From an uncultured Acidobacteriaceae bacterium (GTDB lineage Bacteria; Acidobacteriota; Terriglobia; Terriglobales; Acidobacteriaceae), in NCBI GenBank assembly GCA_963772155.1, contig CAVYVX010000016.1:8469-72468 (forward strand): a DNA stretch of 64,000 nucleotides, given 5' to 3'. The notes beneath the pieces were generated by a model, which was given only the letters and a program-made list of their open reading frames with translations, searched no databases and was not told where the DNA came from. The position numbers were made by a program, and so were the translations under genes. The first letter of the stretch is position 1. Each line of letters starts with the position of its first letter. Shown here one piece after another: positions 8,214 through 17,602 of the stretch.

Positions 8214-8918
8214 TCACGAGCGTGATTTCCGTTTCTTGGAAGCAGGAGTTGTCCTTCCCTTCCTAACGCCTGGGACCTGAGACCTGGAGCCGGTTTTACT
8301 GGCAACTGGCCACTGGCCACTGGCAACTTCCTGTAGATTCGCCATCTCGATGGCCGCCAGCGCCGCTTCGGCGCCCTTGTTGCCCATCTTCAATCCGGCG
8401 CGATCAATGGCCTGCTCCAGCGTGTCGCAAGTCAACACGCCAAACGCATGAGGTACGCCCGTCTCCTGCGCCGACTGCCCAATGCCGCGCGTAACTTCGT
8501 TGACGATCACGTCGTAGTGCGCCGTGTCGCCGCGCAGCAGACAGCCGATGCAAACGATGGCGTCGTATTTCTTCGTTTCGGCCAGCGTGCGGGCCGCCAA
8601 GGGAATCTCGAACGCTCCGGGAACCCGCGCCAGCGCAATGTCTTTCTTCTTCGCGCCCGAGCGCAGCAATCCGTCGTAAGCGCTCTGGAAGAGCCGTTCG
8701 GTGATGAAAGAGTTAAAGCGAGAGACGACGATAGCAAACCGCTTGCCCGTAGCGCCGAGACCACCCTCGATGGCCCGGACCTCCGGCTCGGGAATCGTTT
8801 CGAGTTTTATTTTTTCTTTCGTGGCTTTTCTCCTTGGCCTGCTTGGAAACGATATATGAATCTTCCGTAGAGACGCGGCTTGCCGCGTCTCCGTCGGCGT
8901 GCAAAGAAGACGGGGCAA
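8214..8918 (-). CDS. ribH: 6,7-dimethyl-8-ribityllumazine synthase with atypical N- and C-terminal extensions
   Basis: Core KRFAIVVSRFNSFITERL...VPGAFEIPLAA...GTVIRG-like...NKGAEAALAAIEMANL. The only start codon upstream of the core is a TTG at 8916-8918, inside a palindromic element. The C-terminal 40 aa read through a heptamer array. Confidence 0.8.
   Translation of the reverse strand: MPRLLCTPTETRQAASLRKIHISFPSRPRRKATKEKIKLETIPEPEVRAIEGGLGATGKRFAIVVSRFNSFITERLFQSAYDGLLRSGAKKKDIALARVPGAFEIPLAARTLAETKKYDAIVCIGCLLRGDTAHYDVIVNEVTRGIGQSAQETGVPHAFGVLTCDTLEQAIDRAGLKMGNKGAEAALAAIEMANLQEVASGQWPVASKTGSRSQVPGVRKGRTTPASKKRKSRS
8298..8328. repeat. heptamer tandem array, inverted copy of 8109-8140
   Basis: ACTGGCAACTGGCCACTGGCCACTGGCAACT. 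Lies inside the ribH 3-prime coding extension (VASGQWPVAS). Confidence 0.7.
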
Positions 8919-8931
8919 GCCCCGTCTCTAC
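8867..8931. repeat. composite palindromic element (two AGACG..CGTCT hairpins in inverted orientation)
   Basis: GTAGAGACGCGGCTTGCCGCGTCTC ... AGACGGGGCAAGCCCCGTCTCTAC. A single unit also occurs at 15059-15078. Confidence 0.7.
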
Positions 8932-8933
8932 AC

Positions 8934-9716
8934 TCACCTGCCCTTAAACGTCGCCGCCCGCTTCTCCAGAAACGCCGCCGTGCCTTCTTTCTTATCTTCG
9001 GTGGCGCAGCAGACGCCAAACAAAGTCGCCTCCAGATACAATCCTTCGGCCAGCGTCATCTCCATCCCTTTGTTGACCGCCTCCATAGCATACTGCACCG
9101 CCAGCGGCGCATTGGCGACGATCTTCGCCGCAATCGCCTCGGCGCGCGGAATCAGATCCGCCAACGCCGTCACTTCATTCACCAAGCCAATGCGATGCGC
9201 TTCCTGCGCCGTGATCGGTTCCCCGCAGAGCGCCATCTGCATGGCCAGCCCCTTGCCCACCAGCCGCGGCAGCCGCTGCGATCCGCCATATCCCGGAATA
9301 AGTCCCAGCTTCGCCTCGGGCAGCCCGAACTTCGCGTTGTCGCTGGCGAGGCGCATCGTGCAAGCCAGCGCCAGCTCGCATCCGCCGCCCAGCGCAAAGC
9401 CGTTAATGCAAGCAATCACCGGCTTGCCCAGATTTTCGATCAGGTCGAGCACGGCCTGCCCCCGGTGCGCAAACTCCTTGCCAGAGACCGCGTCCAGCTT
9501 CGCCAGCGCGCCAATGTCGGCGCCCGCAACAAAAGCCTTCTCGCCCGCGCCAGTCAAAATCGCCACGCGGATCGCGGCATCGTTCCTGATGTCAAGAAAC
9601 GCCGCCCCCAACTCTTCCATGGTGGCCAGGTTGAGCGCATTGAGCACCTTCGGCCGGGTGACGGTGACGTAAGCGATGGAGTTTTTCTTTTCGAGAAGAA
9701 TGTTTTCGTAGGTCAT
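8934..9716 (-). CDS. enoyl-CoA hydratase/isomerase (crotonase) family protein
   Basis: MTYENILLEKKNSIAYVTVTRPKVLNAL...GAGEKAFVAGADI...CINGFALGGGCELA. ATG at 9714-9716. Confidence 0.85.
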   Translation of the reverse strand: MTYENILLEKKNSIAYVTVTRPKVLNALNLATMEELGAAFLDIRNDAAIRVAILTGAGEKAFVAGADIGALAKLDAVSGKEFAHRGQAVLDLIENLGKPVIACINGFALGGGCELALACTMRLASDNAKFGLPEAKLGLIPGYGGSQRLPRLVGKGLAMQMALCGEPITAQEAHRIGLVNEVTALADLIPRAEAIAAKIVANAPLAVQYAMEAVNKGMEMTLAEGLYLEATLFGVCCATEDKKEGTAAFLEKRAATFKGR

Positions 9717-9727
9717 AGAAGTTAAGA

Positions 9728-9991
9728 TCACTTGATCAGTTTGAGACGGCGCATCTCGGCTTCATTCCATCCGATATCCGCGAGCAAGGCTTTCAGCAAT
9801 TTTGGGCCGTATGTCTTGCGGGGATGGTAGTGAATAACGATGCGTCTGGTTGGATTGCCCGTTTTGATGTAAGCGATAGTTGCGCCGGCACTCGCGTGGT
9901 CTTGTTGATAGCCGTCTCTTATTAGAGCGGCGATCAGCTCGTCCGCAGTGCGGGATTTTAGCTGATTCCAGACGTGCTGTGGGAAGGCCAT
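9728..9991 (-). CDS. hicA: HicA-family mRNA interferase toxin
   Basis: ADELIAALIRDGYQQ...VIHYHPRKTYGPKLLKALLADIGWNEAEMRRLKLI. Confidence 0.7.
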   Translation of the reverse strand: MAFPQHVWNQLKSRTADELIAALIRDGYQQDHASAGATIAYIKTGNPTRRIVIHYHPRKTYGPKLLKALLADIGWNEAEMRRLKLIK

Positions 9992-10392
9992 TGCAGTTCA
10001 AGATGACGCAAAAAGGCCCCCGGAGGAACCGTTGGGATTTGCTCCTCGCGGTCTAGCGTGCAATCCGGCCCAATCGGCAAAGGCTCTCCATGCGCCGCGA
10101 GAGAGTCCACATACACGCGCGCCGCTTTCGTGGCGTTGCGGAGAGCTTCATTCTCCGTTTTTCCATCCACGTGCAGACCTTTGAAAGCAGGGCAGAAGGC
10201 ATGGAACGAGCCGCCGTCCGGCTCTACTATAACGGTGAACTTCAGCCGCAGGCGCACAGCCGTGGCTGGTTTCCGAAGAGCGCGTTTCGCTGCTGTGGTT
10301 CTCACGCCGGATGCCCCTTTCCCCAAACTTTTATGATACTCCGCCTTCTTGTTCGTGAACCAATCGCCGCGGACATAAGCCGACTGCCCCAT
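9958..10392 (-). CDS. hicB: HicB-family antitoxin (start uncertain)
   Basis: LKFTVIVEPDGGSFHAFCPAFKGLHVDGKTENEALRNATKAARVYVDSLAAHGEPLP is a UPF0150/HicB core. Possible starts are the ATG at 10390-10392 or an internal GTG just before RLRLKFTV. Overlaps hicA by 34 nt. Confidence 0.65.
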   Translation of the reverse strand: MGQSAYVRGDWFTNKKAEYHKSLGKGASGVRTTAAKRALRKPATAVRLRLKFTVIVEPDGGSFHAFCPAFKGLHVDGKTENEALRNATKAARVYVDSLAAHGEPLPIGPDCTLDREEQIPTVPPGAFLRHLELQWPSHSTSGIS

Positions 10393-10609
10393 CTTTGCGC
10401 GTTCTGTGCGCAAGGGTGGGTGAACCGAAATCGGGACACGGGCCGCTTCAGAAGTCAGCGAAGAGGCTCAAGCAGGAGACGACCCTGAAATCCCACCCTT
10501 CAAAAAACGAAGGGTGTGGCACCCGGCCCGGCTTGCCCCGACCCTCACTTGAAACACGGTCCCACGTGTCCAGTTATAAGGGGTGCACTACACCTCAGTC
10601 CTGGCGCCA

Positions 10610-11167
10610 TCAGTCGAAGATGAAGATGGCCGCCGCGATCACGGTCGTCCACAGGCCGCGTTTATCGCCTACCGCCGATTGCGTCACGTTGGCGGTGCGC
10701 ACGATCTTGTTCGAGATGCGATAGATTTCTTTTTTCTCGTCCCAGGAGCGATCGGAATCGAACTCCACGTTCAGCGTGGTGGCCAGCATTTCGGCGGCAA
10801 GTTCTTCGGCGTAATCCCCGGCGGAGTCTTCGGTCTCGCCGAAAGAATGGTGCTCGCTCAGATATCCGTAGGTGGTGCGATCGGCGGGGATGGCGACGCC
10901 AATCGAAGAGGCGAGCAGGCGGTGCGGTTCGTGGGTGGAGTTTTCGGCGACCACGGCGAAGACGACTTCTCCGGGGTACAGATACCTGAGTCCCTGCGAG
11001 CGCGGGATCAGCTTGCAGTTGGGCGGAAAGATGGAAGAGACACGAACCAGGTTTTGCGCGGCGATGCCGGCGTCGCGCAAGGCGAGTTCGAAAGAGGTGA
11101 GGCGCTCGCGATGTTTCCCCACGCCTTTAGTGAAGAAAATCTTCTTGGGAACCATGTCCTTGCCCAA
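10610..11167 (-). CDS. pdaD: pyruvoyl-dependent arginine decarboxylase
   Basis: [11 protein letters not shown] contains the Ser-Ser self-cleavage site. Overall PvlArgDC-like. TTG start at 11165-11167 lies 8 nt after GGAGG. Confidence 0.75.
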   Translation of the reverse strand: MGKDMVPKKIFFTKGVGKHRERLTSFELALRDAGIAAQNLVRVSSIFPPNCKLIPRSQGLRYLYPGEVVFAVVAENSTHEPHRLLASSIGVAIPADRTTYGYLSEHHSFGETEDSAGDYAEELAAEMLATTLNVEFDSDRSWDEKKEIYRISNKIVRTANVTQSAVGDKRGLWTTVIAAAIFIFD

Positions 11168-11327
11168 TTCATTTGCCTCCAGGAACGTTCCAATTACCCG
11201 AGAAGAAAAAATCTAACACAGCGCTTTGAATAGAGTGTGAAGAAAAACGGACAAAGGCCAAATTTTTCCTACCACCGCCCGCTTGGCGGTCACGGCGCCG
11301 GCGAAAATGAGGGCGCTTCCGTAAAGT

Positions 11328-11813
11328 TCAGGCCGCGGACACGCGGATTTTGCCCGCCGCCAGCGGGATGAGCGCCGGTTTCACCAATTCGCGGAAATCG
11401 GCAAACTTCATGCGCACCAGTTCACGATGAGAACCCGCGTTGAAGGCGATTTCCTTGTCCTCGGCCAGAGACTGGTCGGCGAAAACGTCCATGCCGTAAA
11501 GATTGCCGAAAGGCGGCATGGACCCGGTTTCGCAGTCGGGAAAACGGTCGCGAAATTCCTCCTCGCCGGCCAGTTCCACCGACTCCGCCGCCAGATATTT
11601 CTTCAGCCGGCATAAATCCACGCGGAGCGAAGCCGGCACCACCGCCATGGCCAGACGGCCATCTACCATGACCATGACAGTTTTCGCCAGTTCCTTACCC
11701 GGCGTGTGGGTGAGGGCGGCAATTCCCTGGGCCGTGTAGGCCACCGAATGCGAAATTACGAGGTATTGAATGCGGTTACGATCCAGGAACTCCCGCAGCT
11801 TGGAAAGAGGCAC
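11328..11813 (-). CDS. YbaK/EbsC-type aminoacyl-tRNA deacylase-domain protein
   Basis: GKELAKTVMVMVDGRLAMAVVPASLRVDL...GSMPPFGNLYGMDVFAD...AFNAGSH. GTG at 11811-11813 lies 5 nt after GGGAGG. The longer track ORF looks like an over-extension. Confidence 0.65.
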   Translation of the reverse strand: MPLSKLREFLDRNRIQYLVISHSVAYTAQGIAALTHTPGKELAKTVMVMVDGRLAMAVVPASLRVDLCRLKKYLAAESVELAGEEEFRDRFPDCETGSMPPFGNLYGMDVFADQSLAEDKEIAFNAGSHRELVRMKFADFRELVKPALIPLAAGKIRVSAA

Positions 11814-12067
11814 AGACACCTCCCGTCCGGCCCGCAAGCAGGATGGACTCCGAAGGACTGGCGAAGCCCGCTCCGCGGCCGGCGCCGCATCCATTATGCG
11901 CTCTTCGCAGGTCGAAGAACCAGCGAAATTTCATCGGGGGCCAGCGATACGGCCAAAAGGGGGAATAAAGCGCGGGGCAAGAACTGGCACAGGCGAGCCA
12001 GGAATGTTCACTTTTGGCCGCGCAAAACTCGCTGTTCCGGGAAACGGCGAGCTTCAATTTGTCACCC

Positions 12068-12298
12068 TTACGCGGCTTCTTTCGTGACCAAGGCGGGCGC
12101 GGCTTCTCTCGCCGGCGGCCCCACGATCTTCATCTCGCGCCAGTCGTAGCTGAACTCCCTGCCGCAGTCCAGGCATGCGACGTAGGTGCCCGTGCGCTGG
12201 GCCGCCGGAGTGCGGCGCGTACCGGCGCGCACCGTGAGCGGAAAACTGTAGCGTGCGTGCCGGCAACCGAACATAGCGTCGATCAATTTTGCAAACAT
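12068..12298 (-). CDS. small zinc-ribbon-like hypothetical protein
   Basis: CRH...CLDC spacing (GCRHARYSF...YVACLDCGREF). Confidence 0.4.
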   Translation of the reverse strand: MFAKLIDAMFGCRHARYSFPLTVRAGTRRTPAAQRTGTYVACLDCGREFSYDWREMKIVGPPAREAAPALVTKEAA

Positions 12299-12533
12299 TG
12301 TGTACCCCCCACGGAACAGAAGCGATGTAACTTGTTCGTCCCCTTCGCCTGTATGTTTAGGCGAATCCCTACTTATTTAGATTCGAGTCGTGCGGGAAAG
12401 ATTCGCGGCCCCGGCGGCATATCGGCTGTGCCTCCTGGACGTTCCAAAGTGAAGCGATTGCCAGCATTCACCGGAACGGAGCGGCAGAAAAAGCTGGGAG
12501 AATCAAGAGGAGCGCAAGCGGCGAGCCTGGAGT

Positions 12534-12791
12534 TTAGCTGCTTCCATGCTCCGGCTTCTTGTGCCCAGAACACTTCTTCATGATGGCCGCCTGCAGCCGC
12601 GTTCGCAGATCGTCGGGCAATTCGTACAACTCCGAGTTGCGGTAGATTTCGATGGTTTTGCGAGTGGTATCGCAGACCACGTAGCAGTTGTGGCACCAGG
12701 CCAGGTGGCCGTCGAGTTCGGCCTTGGTTTGGGCGTCCAGCGCGCCGTCGAGATAATTGGTCAGTTCGTTGAGGAAATCAGAGCACTTCAC
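12534..12791 (-). CDS. zf-HC2 anti-sigma factor
   Basis: HLAWCHNC (H-x3-C-x2-C). The GTG start overlaps the sigma-factor stop as GTGA (12788-12791). Confidence 0.7.
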   Translation of the reverse strand: MKCSDFLNELTNYLDGALDAQTKAELDGHLAWCHNCYVVCDTTRKTIEIYRNSELYELPDDLRTRLQAAIMKKCSGHKKPEHGSS

Positions 12792-13417
12792 TGGTCGCCA
12801 TCTCCACTCGCCCGTTTCTGAAAGTACTGGCTGAGCCGCTCGCGCAATTGCAGGCGCGCGCGCAGCAAACGCGATTTCACCGCCGGGACGCTCAACTCCA
12901 GCGCCTGCGCCGTCTCTTCGGTCGAGAGGGCCTCCACGTCGCGGAGCACGAACACCGTCCGGAATCCCGCCGGCAACCCTTGAATCGTACGCGTCAGAAT
13001 GTCCCGCAACTCCGCCTGGTTGTACATCTGCTCCGGATTGGGGCTCCAATCCGCAACCTCGCGGGGAAGTGAGTCATCCTCGGTTCTTATTTCTTCATCC
13101 AGAGAGACCGTACGTTCCGGCTTTCTCCGGCGCAACTTCATCAGCGCTTCGTTGACCGCAATGCGCACCAGCCAGGTATAAAACTTGGACTGTTCCTGGA
13201 ATTTCGCCAGGTTCCGATATGCCTTGAGGAACGCCTCCTGCACAACGTCTTCGGCGTCCTCGCGGTTCTGCGTAATGTGCTGGGCGATGCGGAAAACGTT
13301 GCGATCGTAGCGCCGCACCAGTTCTTCAAACGCTTGATCGTCGCCGCGCTTGGCCCGCCGCACCAGCGCCATTTCTTCGCTGACCGGTGGCTCTACGTTT
13401 TGTTGGATGGTCCCCAT
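12788..13417 (-). CDS. ECF-type RNA polymerase sigma-70 family factor
   Basis: Region 2 DVVQEAFLKAYRNLAKF..FYTWLVRIAVNEAL. Region 4 VFVLRDVEALSTEETAQALELSVPAVKSRLLRAR. Confidence 0.85.
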   Translation of the reverse strand: MGTIQQNVEPPVSEEMALVRRAKRGDDQAFEELVRRYDRNVFRIAQHITQNREDAEDVVQEAFLKAYRNLAKFQEQSKFYTWLVRIAVNEALMKLRRRKPERTVSLDEEIRTEDDSLPREVADWSPNPEQMYNQAELRDILTRTIQGLPAGFRTVFVLRDVEALSTEETAQALELSVPAVKSRLLRARLQLRERLSQYFQKRASGDGDQ

Positions 13418-13508
13418 GGGTGATTTGGTGCAGATTATTCCGGCCCGCCGGCAATATGCCGTTGCTATTGTACTTGGTGGGCACCGTTTTCTGCGCGTTG
13501 TTTTAGAA

Positions 13509-13644
13509 AGTTCTCAGTTCCCAGTTCTCAGTTCTCAGCAACCACATTCGGAACATCCGTGTCTGGGTACTGGGTACTGGGCACTGGGTACTGAGAACTG
13601 GGTTCTGAGAACTAAGAACTGAGAACTGAGAACTGGGTACTGAG
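13509..13644. repeat. inverted heptamer tandem arrays (AGTTCTC x4 facing NACTGRG x11)
   Basis: Left arm AGTTCTCAGTTCCCAGTTCTCAGTTCTCAG (13509-13538). Right arm GGGTACTGGGTACTGGGCACTGGGTACTGAGAACTGGGTTCTGAGAACTAAGAACTGAGAACTGAGAACTGGGTACTGAG (13565-13644). Confidence 0.75.
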
Positions 13645-13750
13645 GGGCTCGTACCAAGGTGTACCGGAGCCGCCCGCAAACGCCCATATAATTACAGCTT
13701 GGAAGAGTTACTCTCTTCGTCCCCCAAGAAAATCGGATCGCGGAGCTTTA

Positions 13751-14950
13751 ATGAAGGAGCGGGGTTGGATTGAACCCATTGTGGAACGTGTGGTGGCCCA
13801 GGTTTGGGACAGCCATGCCGCCCCACTGCGCACTGAGATTGTCCGCCGGGTGATGGAGGAGATCGCGGCCCAATCCGCGATTGCCCAGGCAAACATCGCC
13901 GAACCAGGCACCGGCGCGGCTGCTGCGGACCGTCCGGCAGAGTTAGCGCGGGCGGTGGCAGAAATCCAAATGGGCGGGTCGCAACGGGAAATCCTGTGCG
14001 CCTTGCTCGATACCTGCGCCCGCTATGCGGCCCGCGTTGCCCTCTTTATCGTCAAGGGCAGCCATGCCACGGGATGGCAAGCGCGCGGCTTCGCCAATAA
14101 CCAGGCGGTGAAAGATTTCGTTCTCGATGAAGGCGCTCCGGCGATTGCCCACGCCATCGCCGGGTGCGTGCCGGCGAGCGCGCCGGCCGCCGATCTCGAC
14201 GCCCATTTCCTTAACCAACTGGGAACGCCAGCCAGCGGCGAGGGCCATATTCTCCCCTTGATTTTGAAGGGCAGAGTCGCCGCCCTGCTCTACGCCGACA
14301 GCGGAACCGAAGCGCACGGCCCGCTCGATGGCGGATCGCTCGAACTGCTGGTGCTGGCGACGAGCGCCTGGCTCGAAGTGATCGCGCTCCGCAAGAACGC
14401 GCACCAGCATTCGCCGGCCGCAAGTCTCCCGTCGGACAGTCATCGCTCGGACAGTCAGGATGTTCCAGCGCTGCCCACGGAGCCGGCCTCTGAAGATTCC
14501 TCCGCCGCTCGGCATGTCCCTGGCCAGGCGATGGTCGCAGCGGCCTCAGCATCGGCGCCAGCGGTTGAGGCTGCGGCGATGGCCGTCGAATCCCAGAACG
14601 CGCCCGCCGAGCCGCTGCCCCTCGCTCCTGCGGAGACCGAGGCCGCACCTGGGACGCCGTCCGTTTCCTCCATTTCGCCCGAGCATCGGGAGGTCCACCG
14701 CAAGGCCCAGCGCTTTGCCCGCCTGCTGGTCGATGAAATCGAACTTTATAATCGGGCACAGGTCGCGGAAGGCCGGAAAAACAGGGACCTCTACGACCGC
14801 CTGCAAGACGCCATCGAAAAAAGCCGCGTGACGTACCACGAACGTTACGGCAACACGGTGGCGGGTCCCGGCAATTACTTCCAGCGTGAAATAATAAGAA
14901 GTTTGGCGGAAGACGATCCGTCCATCATGGGTGCCAACTTTCGGCAGTAA
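13751..14950 (+). CDS. hypothetical protein, GAF-like middle region and conserved basic C-terminal domain
   Basis: Long clean ORF. C-terminus RFARLLVDEIELYNRAQVAEGRKNRDLYDRLQDAIEKSR looks conserved, but I cannot name the family. Confidence 0.5.
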   Translation: MKERGWIEPIVERVVAQVWDSHAAPLRTEIVRRVMEEIAAQSAIAQANIAEPGTGAAAADRPAELARAVAEIQMGGSQREILCALLDTCARYAARVALFIVKGSHATGWQARGFANNQAVKDFVLDEGAPAIAHAIAGCVPASAPAADLDAHFLNQLGTPASGEGHILPLILKGRVAALLYADSGTEAHGPLDGGSLELLVLATSAWLEVIALRKNAHQHSPAASLPSDSHRSDSQDVPALPTEPASEDSSAARHVPGQAMVAAASASAPAVEAAAMAVESQNAPAEPLPLAPAETEAAPGTPSVSSISPEHREVHRKAQRFARLLVDEIELYNRAQVAEGRKNRDLYDRLQDAIEKSRVTYHERYGNTVAGPGNYFQREIIRSLAEDDPSIMGANFRQ

Positions 14951-14961
14951 GCAGGATTTGC

Positions 14962-17398
14962 GTGCGCCGTTTTGCAGGTGTAGTTTTCGCTGGAATTTTC
15001 TTTCTGCTCCGGCCCGGTTTTTTGCCGCCCGCAGTCGCCCAATCCCAACCGTCCGTAAAGACGGGGCTTGCCCCGTCTCCGGCGGCGAGCGCGCCCGCCA
15101 AGAGCGCGCCGGCTAAGACTAAATCGGCCAAGACTAAGTCGGCAACGGCCGCGCCGGCTAAGACCGCGTCGTCCGCGCGCGCGCCAGTGAAACGGACAGC
15201 TTCACAAAAGACCGCCACTCCCGTCGCCAAAGCTAGGAAAAAGCGCAAGCCCGTGTCTCCGCGCGTGCGCCGCGTGCGGCGCGCCTTTGTTGCCTCCGCC
15301 AATCTTCGTTCCATGGCGCAGCAGTTGTTGCAGGACCGCACTCCCATCGCTTATGCCGGAGTAGAATCCTACGCGCGCCGCCACCCCAAGGAAGACGCCG
15401 GCGCCCTGGCCTGGCTCGCCATCGGTTACGCGCGCACGCTCGATCGCGACTATGCCAAGGCGATTGATCCTCTCAACCGCGCCAAAGCCGGCGCCAGCGA
15501 ACTCGGAGACTACGTTGCCTACTACCTCGGCGACGCCTACCTGAAAACGGCGCACAATGCCGAGGCGCTCGCCACGCTGGCCGATTTCGGCAAGAATTTT
15601 CCCGACTCGCTTCTGGTCCGCGATGCCCACCTCGTCTATGCGAATGCGCTGATCGAGGAAGGGCGCGCGCCCGAAGCTGCCGCCCTGCTTGAAAAAGACC
15701 GCGCTCCCGTGCGCAGCGATCTGGAATTTGTCATCGGTCGCGCCTACGCCGCCGCGGGCAACACTCAGCGGGCCGCGAGCGCTTTCCGCAACGTTTACTT
15801 CAACCTTCCCAACAGCGTCGAGGCCGATGGGGCGGGCGCGGAGTTGCGCAAGCTCGCGATTTCCGGCTCGGTCGCCGAGCGCCGCACGCGCGCCGATTTA
15901 CTGTTCAAAGCCAAGCACTATGCGGAAGCGGCCCACGATTACCGCGATCTTGTCGAAGAGGCCGGTTCGGCGAACCGTCCGGAAGTGCAGTTGGCGCTGG
16001 CGCGAGCTCTCGAAAAAAACGGCGGCAGCAACAGTAAAGAAGCCCGCCAGCTTCTGACCGCCATGGGAGCGCAGACCGGCGATGCCGAAGCCGAGCGCCT
16101 CTACCTGCTGAGCGAGACCCAGCGTTCCACCAGCGATGAAGAGGCCGTGCAACGCACGCTGAACGAGCTGCGTCAATTTGGCCCGGCGAGCCCGTGGCTG
16201 GAACAGGCCCTGCTTTTCGCCGGAAACATGTGCCTGCTGAAGCGCGACTACGATTGCGCCATCGCCTACTTCCGCGAATTGCAGCAGCGTTTTCCGAACG
16301 GCGCGCACGCCTCCTACGCGCACTGGAAGGCCGCGTGGCTGAGCTTCCGCCAGGGCCGGACCGATGAAGCCCGGCAAGCATTCGAACGGCAAATTGAACT
16401 TTATCCCGATTCCGCGGAAGTTCCCGCCGCCCTCTACTGGCGCGCGCGTCTCGCCGAAGAAGAAGGCGACCCGGCCATGGCGCGGGCGTTTTACGGGAAA
16501 CTCTCCGGCCGCTTTCGCAACTACTATTACGCGGAGTTCGGACGGCAGCGACTTGCAACGCTTGCCGGGCGCGGGCGCCGGCTCGTCAAGTAACGGCTCA
16601 TCGGACGAAGCCACGCCGCGCTACCCGCTGCTCGACCGCATTTCTCCGCTTGCAACCGAGGAAAAAATTACCGCAACCAATCCTCCCGACGACAACCTGC
16701 GCGTGGAGCGGGCCCGTCTGCTCTCCAACGGAGGCCTTGCCGATCTGGCCGTGCGCGAGTTGCAGGCCGCCGCCAGCGAAGAAGACGGGACCTGGGCGCC
16801 GCCGGAAATGGCCCGCGTTTATCAGGACCTCGGCCGCTATGATCGCGGCATCGAAATCATGAAGCGGGCAGCGCCCAACTATTTCGCCGTAGATATTCCC
16901 GACCTGCCGCGTCCCTACTGGGAAGCGCTTTTTCCCCGCGCCTACTGGGCCGATCTGCGCAAGTATTCCGAACTCAACGGCCTCGATCCATATCTCGTCG
17001 CATCGCTCATCCGGCAGGAGTCGGAGTTCAACGCGCTGGCTCTCTCCCACGCCAACGCCGTGGGCCTGATGCAGCTTTTGCCCAAGACGGGCAAGACCGT
17101 CGCCAAGCAAGTCAAGCTCAAGGGATACAGCGCGCCGCAACTCTATACTCCGGCCGTGAACCTCCAGCTCGGCACGCGCTATTTCAAAACCATGGCCGAC
17201 AAGTACAACGGACAGTATGAGTACGCACTGGCCGCCTACAACGCCGGTTCCGACCGCGTGGACGACTGGCTGGGCGAGGGCCATTACCGCGACGCGCAGG
17301 AGTTCGTCGAGTCCATTCCCTTCACTGAGACCCGCGAATACGTCCAAGCCATCCTGCGGAACGCCAATGTGTATCGCCAACTTTACGGGACGCCGTAG
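14962..17398 (+). pseudogene. slt: Slt70-type soluble lytic murein transglycosylase, reading frame broken (+1) near 16540-16600
   Basis: ORF 14962-16593 carries a signal peptide plus TPR-like superhelical repeats. ORF 16364-17398 carries the SLT catalytic domain (LIRQESEFN..GLMQL..AYNAG). The two overlap in different frames. Confidence 0.7.
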
Positions 17399-17602
17399 CG
17401 GATCGGGCGATCGGGTCGTTGAGCGAGCTTCGGCTTCTACTGCGTCCTTCCCGCCGTAATAGAGATGGGGCGCAATCTCGTATGTGCGGCAGACCTAGGG
17501 CGGTTTCGCCATTGCTGTACCCTGCTCGCGTAGGGACAGCCGCCCTCGGCTGTCCCAGTTGAGCGCAGTTCGGCCACAAATCCATTGGCTCCACAATGCG
17601 CT

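Noticed and set aside
8880-9725. Long antisense or alternative-frame ORFs across known genes (e.g. 420-1127, 8880-9725, 15898-16614, 40535-41143, 46953-47723, 57335-58219)
   Set aside because: They overlap recognisable conserved genes on the other strand or frame and have Arg/Pro/Gly-rich, low-complexity composition. Both are typical of spurious ORFs in high-GC DNA.
10495-10515. Hairpin ACCCTTC-AAAAAAC-GAAGGGT as the pdaD terminator
   Set aside because: On the transcribed (minus) strand the stem is not followed by a T-tract, and it lies about 95 nt past the stop. Too weak to call.
13509-13644. Possible CRISPR array (also 8109-8328)
   Set aside because: The units are 7 bp and contiguous, with no spacers. 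These are microsatellite-like heptamer arrays, not CRISPR repeats.
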